Shown: one piece after another, positions 8,947-17,308 of the stretch
Position numbering within the stretch: position 1 is the first letter of the stretch
How the letters are laid out: every line of letters begins with the position of its first letter
NCBI GenBank assembly: GCA_021799485.1
Contig: JAJZAK010000001.1
Location: 34,458 to 98,457, forward strand
Source: a bacterium
Lineage (GTDB): Bacteria; Elusimicrobiota; Elusimicrobia; UBA1565; UBA9628
Length of the DNA: 64,000 nt
Direction: 5' to 3'
Made by a program: the position numbers and the translations under genes
Notes under the pieces: model-generated
Told to the model about the DNA's origin: nothing
Seen by the model: only the letters and a program-made list of their open reading frames with translations
Databases searched by the model: none

Positions 8947-9704
8947 GAGCCGCTGCGATTTCGCTTGTCGCCCCACGTCACGGCCCGAGCCCCGAAGCGG
9001 CGCAGTTCCCGGGCCGTCGTCGGGCCGATCGCGATAGCCAAGGCCTTCTCGAAGAATTTCCTCGTCCGCGCAAGCCCGAGCGCCGCGGCGAAGGCCTTCG
9101 CCGCGGAAGGTGACGCGAAAAAAGCGGCGTCCGCGCGCGACAGAAGACCCGGCGTTAAGAGATGGAGCCCCCCCCGGTCTGGAATCGTCCGATAGGCCGT
9201 CGCGGCCTCCACCCGGCAACCGCGCGCGCGAAGGAGGCGCGGGAGCTCCTCTCGCGCCGACTCGCCCTTCACGAAAAGGATTTTTTCGCCCTTCCTCGCT
9301 CGCATGAATCGCGCCAGGCCCGCCGCCGTTTGAAGCTTTGGCGTCGCCGCCTTTTTTCCTCCCAGCTCCCGCAAGACGTCCCTTGTCGCCGTCCCCACCG
9401 CAAAAAGACTCCGGGGCAGTTCCGGTTTGGCGCGGAGGCGGCGCGCGCGGTCGAAAAAAGCCTTGACGGCGTTCGCGCTCGTGAACACCGCCGCTCCGTA
9501 GTCGCGAGAATGCCGTATCGCATTGTCGAGAGAAACAAGGGAGCGCGGATTTTCGATCCGGATCGCCGGCGCCAGGACGACGCGGGCGCCGAGCCGCCGC
9601 AGCTTCGCGGCAAGCTCCGCCGACTGCGCTCTCGGACGCGTGACGATCACCGTTTTTCCGGCCAGCTTGAGAGGCACGGCAGATATATTAGGTTTATTTG
9701 ACAC
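8943..9704 (-). CDS. hemD: uroporphyrinogen-III synthase
   Basis: KTVIVTRPRAQSAELAAKLRRLGARVVLAPAI... HemD-like two-lobe pattern, 253 aa. Confidence 0.7.
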   Translation of the reverse strand: MSNKPNISAVPLKLAGKTVIVTRPRAQSAELAAKLRRLGARVVLAPAIRIENPRSLVSLDNAIRHSRDYGAAVFTSANAVKAFFDRARRLRAKPELPRSLFAVGTATRDVLRELGGKKAATPKLQTAAGLARFMRARKGEKILFVKGESAREELPRLLRARGCRVEAATAYRTIPDRGGLHLLTPGLLSRADAAFFASPSAAKAFAAALGLARTRKFFEKALAIAIGPTTARELRRFGARAVTWGDKRNRSGS

Positions 9705-9742
9705 CCACGGACACTTTTGCCAGAATTGCCGAAGAACGGTCC

Positions 9743-10270
9743 ATGAGCCCGAACTCCATGGCTGAGCCCATCAAGCCGTCGTGGCCTTCCGCCTCCCGTC
9801 CTAATGCGCCGCTCAAGGTTTCGGGGGTGCTCGACGCGTCCTGCATCAAACGCTTCGACGCCGATCAGGGGAAGGATGAAATTCTCAAGAGCCTCGTCTC
9901 CCTCCTCTGCGGCAGAGAGCATCTCGCTCCTGTTGCCGAGGTCCTGAGCAGGGTCCTCGAACGCGAGCGGGGCATCTCGACGACGCTGGACTCCGGCCTC
10001 AGCCTTCCGCACGCGAGGCTCCCCGCTCTCTCGCGGATCTCGCTCGCGCTTGCCGTCTTCTCCCATCCCATCGATGACTCCAAAACGCCGGGCGTCCCTG
10101 TCAAGGCCATGCTCCTTGTCCTCGTCCCGGATAGCGCGGAATCAGCCGCGGCGTATCTCAAGCTCCTGCGCTCGATCGCAAACCTCTTTCAAGGCTCTCT
10201 CCTCGAGGAAATCGGCCGCGCCGCCGATTCGGAGGAAGTCCTCGAACAGATCCGGCGGGCGGAACGATAG
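9743..10270 (+). CDS. PTS EIIA type-2 (nitrogen-regulatory PtsN-like) domain protein
   Basis: Contains the phospho-histidine motif region LDSGLSLPHARL (G-x-A-x-PHAR). ORF track starts at 9698; the ATG at 9743 (MSPNSMAEP) is the preferred start. Confidence 0.55.
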   Translation: MSPNSMAEPIKPSWPSASRPNAPLKVSGVLDASCIKRFDADQGKDEILKSLVSLLCGREHLAPVAEVLSRVLERERGISTTLDSGLSLPHARLPALSRISLALAVFSHPIDDSKTPGVPVKAMLLVLVPDSAESAAAYLKLLRSIANLFQGSLLEEIGRAADSEEVLEQIRRAER

Positions 10271-10281
10271 GGCGCTCTCCG

Positions 10282-10797
10282 ATGCCCGTTCTGCCGATCA
10301 TGCGGCACGGCGAGCCGTGCCTGAAGAAGGTCTCCCTTCCCGTCGACTTCGCGACCTTCAAGAAAAGGGACATCGCCAAGCTCTTAAAGAATATGTGGTC
10401 GACCATGTACGCCGCCAAGGGCGTGGGGTTGGCCGCGCCCCAGATCGGGCTCAACCTCCGGCTTGCCGTCATCGACGTGCGCCCCGACGGCAAGCGCCAG
10501 AAACTTGTTCTCGCCAATCCGGAGATCATCTCCCGGGAGGGCGACCTCCATGAGGAAGAGGGCTGCCTCTCGATTCCCGGGCTTTATGCGAAGCTCACGC
10601 GCTCGGCCAAGGTCACGATCCGCGCCTTCGACGAGAAAGGGGAGCCCTATGAGATGACGGGAACGGACCTTCTCGCGCGGGCCTTCCAGCATGAGATCGA
10701 CCATCTCGATGGAAAGCTCTTCGTCGACCGCCTCGACTTCCCCGAGAAGATGAAAGCCATGCAGGCCATCCGAGAACTCAAAAAAAGCTGGATTTAA
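10282..10797 (+). CDS. def: peptide deformylase
   Basis: All three Def motifs present: GVGLAAPQIG, EGCLSIPG, HEIDHLDG. Confidence 0.92.
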   Translation: MPVLPIMRHGEPCLKKVSLPVDFATFKKRDIAKLLKNMWSTMYAAKGVGLAAPQIGLNLRLAVIDVRPDGKRQKLVLANPEIISREGDLHEEEGCLSIPGLYAKLTRSAKVTIRAFDEKGEPYEMTGTDLLARAFQHEIDHLDGKLFVDRLDFPEKMKAMQAIRELKKSWI

Positions 10798-10806
10798 GAG
10801 CTCGGC

Positions 10807-11772
10807 TTGAGGATTCTTTTTTACGGCTCGCCGGCCCAAGCCCTGCCGTTTCTGCGGAGCCTCGCACGGGAGGAGGAGTGCGCGGCCGTCGTCACGAGAC
10901 CCGACAAGCCCCGAAGCCGGGGGCTCTCCTCTTTTCCCACGGCGGTCAAGCGCGAGGCGGCATCCCTTGGCCTCAAGGTCCTCGATCCCCCCAACCCCAT
11001 GGCCGCTATCGAGGAACTCTCGGCGCTCAAGCCCGATCTAGGGGTGGCCGTGGCTTATGGCCGCCTCCTCAGGCCGGAACTCTTCCGCCTCCCCCGCCTG
11101 GGCACGCTCAACGTCCACTTCTCCCTTCTGCCGCGTTACCGAGGCGCGGCGCCCGTCGCCTGGAGCCTCATCAACGGAGAGACGCGCTCCGGCGTCACCG
11201 TCTTCTGGATCGATGAAGGGCTCGACACTGGCCCGATTCTTCTGACACGTGAAACCGCGATTTCTCCCGACGAGGACGCCACGTCCCTCCAAAACCGCCT
11301 CATCGATCTCGGCGTCGGCGCGCTCCGGGAAGCCCTGGCGCTTCTCAAGTCCGGAGCCGCCCAGCCCCGCCCCCAGGTAGGCCCGCCCTGCCTCGCTCCG
11401 CCGCTGACGAATTCCATGGGGCTCGTTTCGTTTGAAAAGCCCGCCGACGCCATTCACAATCTCGTCCGGGGGCTCGCGGGAGGTCCCAAGGCCTACGTCA
11501 ACCTCTCGTCTTCCGAGGGTCCCCGGCGCCTGATCCTCCTTAGGACGAAGCTGCCCGAACACGGCTCCCTGGAGGCGCCGAGCGCCGCGCCGGGCTCCAT
11601 CGCGCGCGTTGATGCCGAAAAAGGCTTTTTGATAGAATGCGGGAAATCAAGCTTTCTCTGGATCGTCGAGGTCCAGATGGAAGGCCGTAGGGCCCTCCCC
11701 GCCGCGAGCTTCTTGAACGGCCTGCGTCTCGGCGCGGGGAAAACATTGCCCTTGATAAATTTGAACGCTTAA
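10807..11772 (+). CDS. fmt: methionyl-tRNA formyltransferase
   Basis: TTG start. Formyltransferase N-domain (LNVHFSLLPRYRGAAPVAWSLINGE) and C-terminal Fmt domain. Canonical def-fmt pair. Confidence 0.9.
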   Translation: MRILFYGSPAQALPFLRSLAREEECAAVVTRPDKPRSRGLSSFPTAVKREAASLGLKVLDPPNPMAAIEELSALKPDLGVAVAYGRLLRPELFRLPRLGTLNVHFSLLPRYRGAAPVAWSLINGETRSGVTVFWIDEGLDTGPILLTRETAISPDEDATSLQNRLIDLGVGALREALALLKSGAAQPRPQVGPPCLAPPLTNSMGLVSFEKPADAIHNLVRGLAGGPKAYVNLSSSEGPRRLILLRTKLPEHGSLEAPSAAPGSIARVDAEKGFLIECGKSSFLWIVEVQMEGRRALPAASFLNGLRLGAGKTLPLINLNA

Positions 11773-12792
11773 ATGCCTCCCAACGAGCCTCTTTCAACGC
11801 CGCCCGCGCAGGCCCGAACGCCCCCGGGGGTCGTCCCCCCGCGCGTATCCCGGCTGGAGATGGCGGTCGGCGCGGCCGCCCTGCTCCTATTCTCCTATTG
11901 GGCTTTCAATACCGCCATGAAGGCGGCCGTCCACAGCCGTAAGACCGCCGTCGTCCCTGACCTCAAAGGGAAGTCGTTATCAGCGGCCCTGGACTCCTTT
12001 AGTCCTCTGGGGCTGGGACTCAGCAAGGAAGGGACGGAGTTCGATGCCTCGGTTCCCATAGGGTCGATTCTGCGCCAGTACCCCGCCCCGGGCACGGTTG
12101 TGCGGGAGGGCCGCACGATCAGGGTCGTGGTCAGCGAGGGCGGCCGCACCGCCCTTACCCCGTCGTTGATCGGCCTCCAGCTGCGAAACGCCGAGATGCT
12201 GCTGCGCCAAAACGACCTGCTGCTCGGCGAAGCCTCAAGCGCCTACTCGCTGCGCCAGGAAAAAGGGACGGTGCTCGCCCAAGATCCCAAGCCTGAATCG
12301 AGCGTCGAACAGAAAAGCCTGGTCAACGTGGTTGTCTCCGCGGGCCCGCCCCCCGAAGGCGTGCGGCTCATGCCCGATTTCGCCCGCAAGAGCGTCGACG
12401 AGGTTCGCCGCTGGCTCTCCGATACGGGGATCAAGGCGACGATCACGAATGATTCGAGTTCGCTTTTCCCCTATGGCATCGTCCTCTCCCAAACCCCGGA
12501 ACCCGACTCCGTCCTCTCCCCCGCCACGTCTGTTTCCTTCGTCGTGAGCGGAAAGCTCAGCGCCTCCGACCTTAAATCCTCCGAGGTGAGAACCTTTCAT
12601 TACGAGGTCCCCCAGAACGGCTCCGAGGCCCTTCAAGTGCGGATCGTCGCGGTCGACCGCTACGGCGAGCACGAGCTCTTCAATGGGACGCGGCCGGGAG
12701 GCTCCCAGCTCTCCCTACCCATCGAGACCGTCGGCGACGCCAAGATCAAGATCTACTTGAACGGGACTCTCATCGAGGAGAGGTCCCCGTGA
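11773..12792 (+). CDS. PASTA-domain protein (three PASTA repeats, TM anchor, no kinase domain)
   Basis: Pro-rich N-terminus, TM helix AVGAAALLLFSYWAF, then three about 65-aa PASTA-like units (VPDLKGKS..., PSLIGLQL..., MPDFARKSVDEV...). Confidence 0.6.
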   Translation: MPPNEPLSTPPAQARTPPGVVPPRVSRLEMAVGAAALLLFSYWAFNTAMKAAVHSRKTAVVPDLKGKSLSAALDSFSPLGLGLSKEGTEFDASVPIGSILRQYPAPGTVVREGRTIRVVVSEGGRTALTPSLIGLQLRNAEMLLRQNDLLLGEASSAYSLRQEKGTVLAQDPKPESSVEQKSLVNVVVSAGPPPEGVRLMPDFARKSVDEVRRWLSDTGIKATITNDSSSLFPYGIVLSQTPEPDSVLSPATSVSFVVSGKLSASDLKSSEVRTFHYEVPQNGSEALQVRIVAVDRYGEHELFNGTRPGGSQLSLPIETVGDAKIKIYLNGTLIEERSP

Positions 12793-13502
12793 CCGAAGCT
12801 CCCGTGGTCGAGGTGATCCCCTCCCTTCTCGCGGCCGATTTCTCGCGCCTCGGGGATTCGGCGCGGCTTGCGGCCTCCGCGGGCGCGGACGGCATTTCCG
12901 TCGACGTGATGGACGGTCGATTCGTCCCCAATCTTTCCTTCGGACCGGATCACGTGCGCATGCTCAAGCGAGAGACGACTCTCCCCGTCGATTCGCACCT
13001 CATGGTCGAAAACCCGGAGACCGTCGCCCCTTGGTTCATCGACGCCGGCGTGGACACCGTGATCGCCCACGTCGAGGCCTGCCGCGACGCCCGCGCGCTC
13101 GCCGGCCGCATACGCGCCGCAGGGAGACGCTTCGGGCTCGCGGTCAAGCCCAAGACGAGCGAGACCATCCTGACGGGCCTTCTTGGCGATCTCGACCTCG
13201 TCCTCGTCATGACCGTGGAGCCCGGCTTTGGAGGAGCCCTCTTTCTCAAGGACATGCTCCCCAAAATCACGACCCTGCGCCGCGCGATCGACCGGGCGGG
13301 CCTGCGCTGCCGCCTCCAAGTCGACGGAGGCGTCACCGTCGAAACCGCGAAGCTCGCGGCCGCCGCGGGCGCGGACAGCTTCGTCGCCGGGAGCTCCGTC
13401 TTCCGCTCTTCCGACCCGGGGCGCGCCGTGCGCGAGATTCGGGCCGCGGCCGCGGCCGAATTCGCCTCCAAATTTTCGAAGCAGATCCCGACACGAGATT
13501 AA
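12789..13502 (+). CDS. rpe: ribulose-phosphate 3-epimerase
   Basis: GTG start. SLLAADFSRLG, VDVMDGRFVPNLSFG, DSHLMVENP, LVMTVEPGFGG are Rpe signatures. Confidence 0.9.
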   Translation: MTEAPVVEVIPSLLAADFSRLGDSARLAASAGADGISVDVMDGRFVPNLSFGPDHVRMLKRETTLPVDSHLMVENPETVAPWFIDAGVDTVIAHVEACRDARALAGRIRAAGRRFGLAVKPKTSETILTGLLGDLDLVLVMTVEPGFGGALFLKDMLPKITTLRRAIDRAGLRCRLQVDGGVTVETAKLAAAAGADSFVAGSSVFRSSDPGRAVREIRAAAAAEFASKFSKQIPTRD

Positions 13503-13514
13503 AGGAGACTACTT

Positions 13515-13832
13515 ATGGCCCTCGTCATTCGCCTTCAGAGAGTCGGCAAGCACAAACAGCCGTATTTTCGCATGGTCGCCATCGAGAAATCCCGCGGATC
13601 GCGCGGCAAACCCGTCGAGATCCTCGGTTCCTACAACCCGCGCATGGAGAAGCCGGCCCAAAAAATCCAGGTCAAGAAGGACCGCGTCGACTACTGGGTG
13701 AGCCAAGGCGCCAAGCCCTCGGAGACGGTGGACACCCTCCTCAAGGCCGCCGGCGTCTCGGCGCCTGCGCCCGCCGCCAAGCCACAGCCCTCCGCGAAAT
13801 CTCCGGCGAAGCACGCCGCCAAGAAGGCCTAG
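13515..13832 (+). CDS. rpsP: 30S ribosomal protein S16
   Basis: MALVIRLQRVGKHKQPYFRMVAIEKSRGSRGKPVEILGSYNP, with AGGAG-type SD upstream. Confidence 0.9.
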   Translation: MALVIRLQRVGKHKQPYFRMVAIEKSRGSRGKPVEILGSYNPRMEKPAQKIQVKKDRVDYWVSQGAKPSETVDTLLKAAGVSAPAPAAKPQPSAKSPAKHAAKKA

Positions 13833-13835
13833 CCC

Positions 13836-14063
13836 GTGCGGGATCTTCTTCTCTATTTCCTGCGCGCGATCGCCGAGAAGCCCGAGGCGATCCAGATCGA
13901 GGAGTCCGAGCAGGGCGGAATCTTGACCCTCCTCGTCAAGGTCGCGGACGAGGACAAAGGACGCGTGATCGGCAAGCAAGGCCGCGTTATCAAGGCCCTT
14001 CGCACCGTCCTCGCGGCCGCCTCGACGCCCAACGGCCAGAAAGTCGCGGTCGACGTCGAATAG
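13836..14063 (+). CDS. KH-domain RNA-binding protein (UPF0109/YlqC-like)
   Basis: GTG start 3 nt after rpsP stop. VIGKQGRVIKALR is a KH GXXG loop. Conserved position after rpsP. Confidence 0.7.
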   Translation: MRDLLLYFLRAIAEKPEAIQIEESEQGGILTLLVKVADEDKGRVIGKQGRVIKALRTVLAAASTPNGQKVAVDVE

Positions 14064-14079
14064 CGGGGAGCCGCCCGCG

Positions 14080-14793
14080 ATGAGGCGCGCGCCGGCGAGA
14101 CCGTCGCTGCGCATCGGGATCGTGACCCTTGCTCCCGAGATGTTCGGGAGCGTGCTCAAGGCGGGGCTTATCGGTCGGGCAATCCGCGCGGGACTCCTGG
14201 AAGTGGCCTTCGCCAATCCCCGGGACCACTCCCGCGATGCCCACCGTCGCGTCGACGCTCGTCCCTACGGCGGCGGCCCGGGAATGGTCCTCATGCCCGG
14301 TCCCGTCGATGCGGCGATCCGACAGTTCGCCAAGAGAGGCTCTTGGATCGTCGGGCTTTCCCCACGGGGCCGTCCCTTCAGCGGCCGCGCCGCCTCGCGG
14401 CTATCTAGGAAGAAGCAATTCGTCCTCGTCTGCGGGCGCTACGAGGGCCTCGACGAGCGCGTCTGCGCCAGTTTTGACGAGGAGATTTCCATCGGCGACT
14501 ACGTTCTCTCCGGAGGCGAGATCGCGGCGATGGCCGTCCTCGACGCCGTCGCGAGGCTCGTGCCGGGCGCCATGGGAAACGCCTCTTCCTCCGATGAGGA
14601 ATCCTTCGCCGGCGGCCTCCTGGAATATCCCCAATACACGCGCCCAAGGGTCTGGAGCGGGAAACGCGTGCCCGCCGTCCTGCTCTCCGGAAACCATGCG
14701 CGGATCGAGGCTTGGAGGCGGCGCAGGAGCCTCGAACTCACGCGGCGCCTGCGCCCTGATTTGCTTCTTGCGCGCAAAAGTTCTAAAGTATAA
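14080..14793 (+). CDS. trmD: tRNA (guanine37-N1)-methyltransferase
   Basis: RIGIVTLAPEMF..., YGGGPGMVLMPGP, GRYEGLDERV, DYVLSGGEIAAMAVLDAV are TrmD SPOUT motifs. Confidence 0.9.
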   Translation: MRRAPARPSLRIGIVTLAPEMFGSVLKAGLIGRAIRAGLLEVAFANPRDHSRDAHRRVDARPYGGGPGMVLMPGPVDAAIRQFAKRGSWIVGLSPRGRPFSGRAASRLSRKKQFVLVCGRYEGLDERVCASFDEEISIGDYVLSGGEIAAMAVLDAVARLVPGAMGNASSSDEESFAGGLLEYPQYTRPRVWSGKRVPAVLLSGNHARIEAWRRRRSLELTRRLRPDLLLARKSSKV

Positions 14794-14828
14794 CACCTTA
14801 ATTCGAGATTCCAGGGGCACATGTTCAT

Positions 14829-15287
14829 ATGGCGCAAGATATCCATCAAAAAACAGCCGCGCCCAACTTCCGGCCCGGCGACGCCGTCCGGGTTCACGTC
14901 AAGGTCGTCGAGGGGGACTCCGAGCGCGTCCAGCCCTTTGAAGGCGTCGTTTTGCTGCGGCGCGGACGAGGGGACAGCCAATCCTTCACGGTCCGCAAGA
15001 TATCCTTCGGCGTCGGCGTCGAAAGGACTTTTCCCCTCCAATCGCCGTTCATCGAAAAAATAGAGATCCTCAAGTCCAACCATGTCCGGCGCGCGCGTCT
15101 CTACTACCTGCGCGGCCTGACGGGCAAGGCAGCCAAGATCGGCACCGAGGAGAGGGCCGAAAAAGAGCCCTCTCCGAAAGCGCCGGATGCCGCCGCTCCG
15201 GCCGTCGCCGATCACGCGGCCCTCGCCGCCCCCCCCAAGACTCCAGCCAAGGAAGCCGCGGCCCAGCCGATCGCCAAGGGCACCTGA
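14829..15287 (+). CDS. rplS: 50S ribosomal protein L19 with Ala/Pro-rich C-terminal extension
   Basis: [29 protein letters not shown]...[19 protein letters not shown] is L19. Extra about 40 aa low-complexity tail. Confidence 0.9.
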   Translation: MAQDIHQKTAAPNFRPGDAVRVHVKVVEGDSERVQPFEGVVLLRRGRGDSQSFTVRKISFGVGVERTFPLQSPFIEKIEILKSNHVRRARLYYLRGLTGKAAKIGTEERAEKEPSPKAPDAAAPAVADHAALAAPPKTPAKEAAAQPIAKGT

Positions 15288-15937
15288 ACCACGGCAGGAT
15301 CGGAGGCCTCACGGGCTCCTCGCTCGCTCAGTTCGACGATTCCTATCGCGCTGCCAGCGGAGAACCTTTCCTCATCGGCGTTGACGAAGCCGGCCGAGGC
15401 CCCTTGGCGGGACCCGTCGTCGCCGCGGCCGTGCGGCTCTCCAAGGATCAGATCGGTCCCTTGGCGTGGGCCCGGGACTCCAAGAAACTCTCCGCGGCCC
15501 GACGCGAACGACTCTATGCGCTGATCCGCGAGCACGCCGACGCGGTGAGCGTCGCCTGGGCCCATCCCGACCGCATCGACCGAGACAACATCCTGCAGGC
15601 CTCCTTGGCCGCCATGGCCCGCGCCGCGCGGCGCGCGTCGGGAAAAGGCCCCGCCCTCCTCCTCGTGGACGGCCCCTTTCCCGTCCCCGGCCTTCCCCAC
15701 GGGCTGCGCCAGAAACCTCTTATTAAAGGAGACGACCGCTCTCTTGCCGTCGCCTGCGCAAGCATCGTCGCCAAGGTCGTTCGCGACCGTTGGATGCGGC
15801 GGCTCTCCCGGCGCTATCCCGGTTTCGGCTTCGAACGTCATAAGGGCTATCCGACGGCGGACCATTTGACGGCCCTGCGCGCGCTGGGCCCCAGCAAGGC
15901 CCACCGCCGAAGCTTCGCGCCCGTCCGAGAGGCCTAG
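15284..15937 (+). CDS. rnhB: ribonuclease HII; start codon uncertain (catalytic motif lies upstream of first ATG/GTG/TTG)
   Basis: ORF track begins at TTG 15404, but the in-frame upstream sequence encodes ...[24 protein letters not shown], the catalytic RNase HII N-terminal motif. The only in-frame candidate start found is CTG 15284, overlapping the rplS stop as CTGA. Confidence 0.8.
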   Translation: MNHGRIGGLTGSSLAQFDDSYRAASGEPFLIGVDEAGRGPLAGPVVAAAVRLSKDQIGPLAWARDSKKLSAARRERLYALIREHADAVSVAWAHPDRIDRDNILQASLAAMARAARRASGKGPALLLVDGPFPVPGLPHGLRQKPLIKGDDRSLAVACASIVAKVVRDRWMRRLSRRYPGFGFERHKGYPTADHLTALRALGPSKAHRRSFAPVREA

Positions 15938-16201
15938 TGTAGTGAGTCCATGATATCTTTACAATTGCTGGGCCTATTTGGACCGGATTCAAGGCGCGAG
16001 GAGCGAGCATACTGAATGTATATGAGCGACGAGCAACGCGGAAGCCGGGCGAAAGAGGCCCAGCCCGCAGCGGGAAGGCCCATTTCGGGGCCATCGCGGC
16101 GTTGCTCCTCGGTTACAGGCCTCGGCCTGCGCCCTCGTCGCGTCTTGCGCTGGCTCCCAACCTGGGCCTTCAATTGTAAAGATATCATGGACTCACTACA
16201 C
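15937..16201. repeat. structured intergenic element copy A: 31-bp perfect terminal inverted repeat closing an about 200-bp GC-rich core; paralog of element at 46000-46221
   Basis: Left arm gtgtagtgagtccatgatatctttacaattg (15937-15967) is the exact reverse complement of caattgtaaagatatcatggactcactacac (16171-16201). Core ccggattcaaggcgcgaggagcgagcatac...gagcgacgagcaacgc...cccgcagcggg is about 80 % identical to the core of copy B. Fills exactly the rnhB-stop to yraN-start gap. Confidence 0.7.
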
Positions 16202-16204
16202 TAG

Positions 16205-16570
16205 ATGCCGGAAACCCGCGCCGATCGGGGGCGCGAAGCCGAGGATCGCGCGGCCGCCCACCTGCGAACCCTGGGCTGCGAGATCCTCGCGCGCAATTTC
16301 CGCACGAAATGGGGCGAGATCGACATCGTCGCGCTCTCCCCCGGACGCGACATCCTCATCTTCGCCGAGGTCCGCTACCGCAGCCGCGACGACTTCGGCG
16401 CGCCGGAGGAAACCGTCGTCATCTCCAAGCAGCGCAAACTCGTGCGGGCGGCGCAAATCTTTCTGAAAACCGCGCCGGCCGCGCTTCGCGGCGCCGCCGC
16501 GCGCTTCGACGTCGTCGCCCTCTCGCCCGCTGGCCTCCGGCACATTGAGAACGCCTTCGAGGCGTCGTAA
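16205..16570 (+). CDS. yraN: YraN/UPF0102 family endonuclease
   Basis: GEIDIVALSPGRDILIFAEVRYRS...RFDVVAL is the YraN PD-(D/E)xK-like pattern. Conserved location after rnhB. Confidence 0.8.
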   Translation: MPETRADRGREAEDRAAAHLRTLGCEILARNFRTKWGEIDIVALSPGRDILIFAEVRYRSRDDFGAPEETVVISKQRKLVRAAQIFLKTAPAALRGAAARFDVVALSPAGLRHIENAFEAS

Positions 16571-16658
16571 TCGGCTTCGGCTTTCGTCGGTTTTTTACCT
16601 GAATTTACTCATTTTTACTTGAAAAATGCGGCGGCACGGCCTACCCTCCAATCGTGCC

Positions 16659-17261
16659 ATGAAAGCCTCACCGAGAAACTGGCTCAGGCTCATCCTCCAA
16701 GGCGCTTTTCTCCTATGTCTTGGCGTCCAGGGCGCCACGGCGGACCCGGCCTCCGGAGAAGCCGCCGCTCCCGCGACAATGACCCTCCATCCATTAAGTC
16801 GGAATGACCGCCTGCGGATCGAGGAAAGACAGCTTCAAAAACGAGCGGTAGCCCTGGAGTTAGAGAAAAAAAGCTTGGCCAAGCTCGAGGCCGCCCTTCT
16901 CAAAAGCAAAGGCCGCGCCCTTTCCTCTCGCGCCGTCGCGCGCTCCCAAGGCAAGCGCGCGGGCTCTCGACGCCGCGCCCGCCCCGCCAAACCGGCGCAG
17001 TCCATTCCCTGGCAAATCCCTCAATTGCCGCGATGGGTGCAGGCGTGGGGCCTCGCCGTCCAGGCGAGAAGCCTCGATATGCCCTTCGACCAAGTCTGGC
17101 CGCCGGGCGCGTCCTCCTTTTGCGCCGGGAGAAAGCACTGCCCGTTGGCCGGCGGCAACTGGAAGGCCGTGCCAAGGGCATCCAGCGGATTCCGCGACGG
17201 GGTCACCCCCTGTCCCAGCCGCTACTATTGGCCGATCCCCATGCCGCTCGCCCGCCGCTAA
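16659..17261 (+). CDS. hypothetical secreted low-complexity protein
   Basis: Signal-peptide-like start MKASPRNWLRLILQGAFLLCLGVQGATA. Lys/Arg/Ala-rich middle, Cys/Trp/Pro-containing C-terminus. No recognised domain. Confidence 0.35.
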   Translation: MKASPRNWLRLILQGAFLLCLGVQGATADPASGEAAAPATMTLHPLSRNDRLRIEERQLQKRAVALELEKKSLAKLEAALLKSKGRALSSRAVARSQGKRAGSRRRARPAKPAQSIPWQIPQLPRWVQAWGLAVQARSLDMPFDQVWPPGASSFCAGRKHCPLAGGNWKAVPRASSGFRDGVTPCPSRYYWPIPMPLARR

Positions 17262-17308
17262 GGGCTCGTTGCTTCTTACTTGTCGCTTCTTAGTACAATG
17301 TCGCCGCC

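Noticed and set aside
9698-9742. Upstream 15 codons of the PtsN-like ORF (start at 9698)
   Set aside because: It overlaps the hemD start region on the opposite strand. The ATG at 9743 gives a more typical EIIA-Ntr N-terminus, but either start is possible.
13031-14083. 350-aa Arg/Pro/Gly-rich plus-strand ORF
   Set aside because: It overlaps rpe, rpsP and the KH-protein gene in an alternative frame. The extreme Arg/Gly/Pro composition is typical of GC-rich off-frame translation.
15934-16204. Small ORFs inside the structured element (15934-16188 minus, 16016-16204 plus) both ending in [10 protein letters not shown], and the analogous pair 45990-46202 / 46019-46288 sharing PYYSVTEP
   Set aside because: The shared C-termini are an artefact of translating the two arms of the perfect inverted repeat on opposite strands. 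There are no RBS or coding features.
16571-16606. Intrinsic terminator after yraN
   Set aside because: A T6 tract is present (ggtttttt), but I could not find a convincing preceding GC-rich hairpin.
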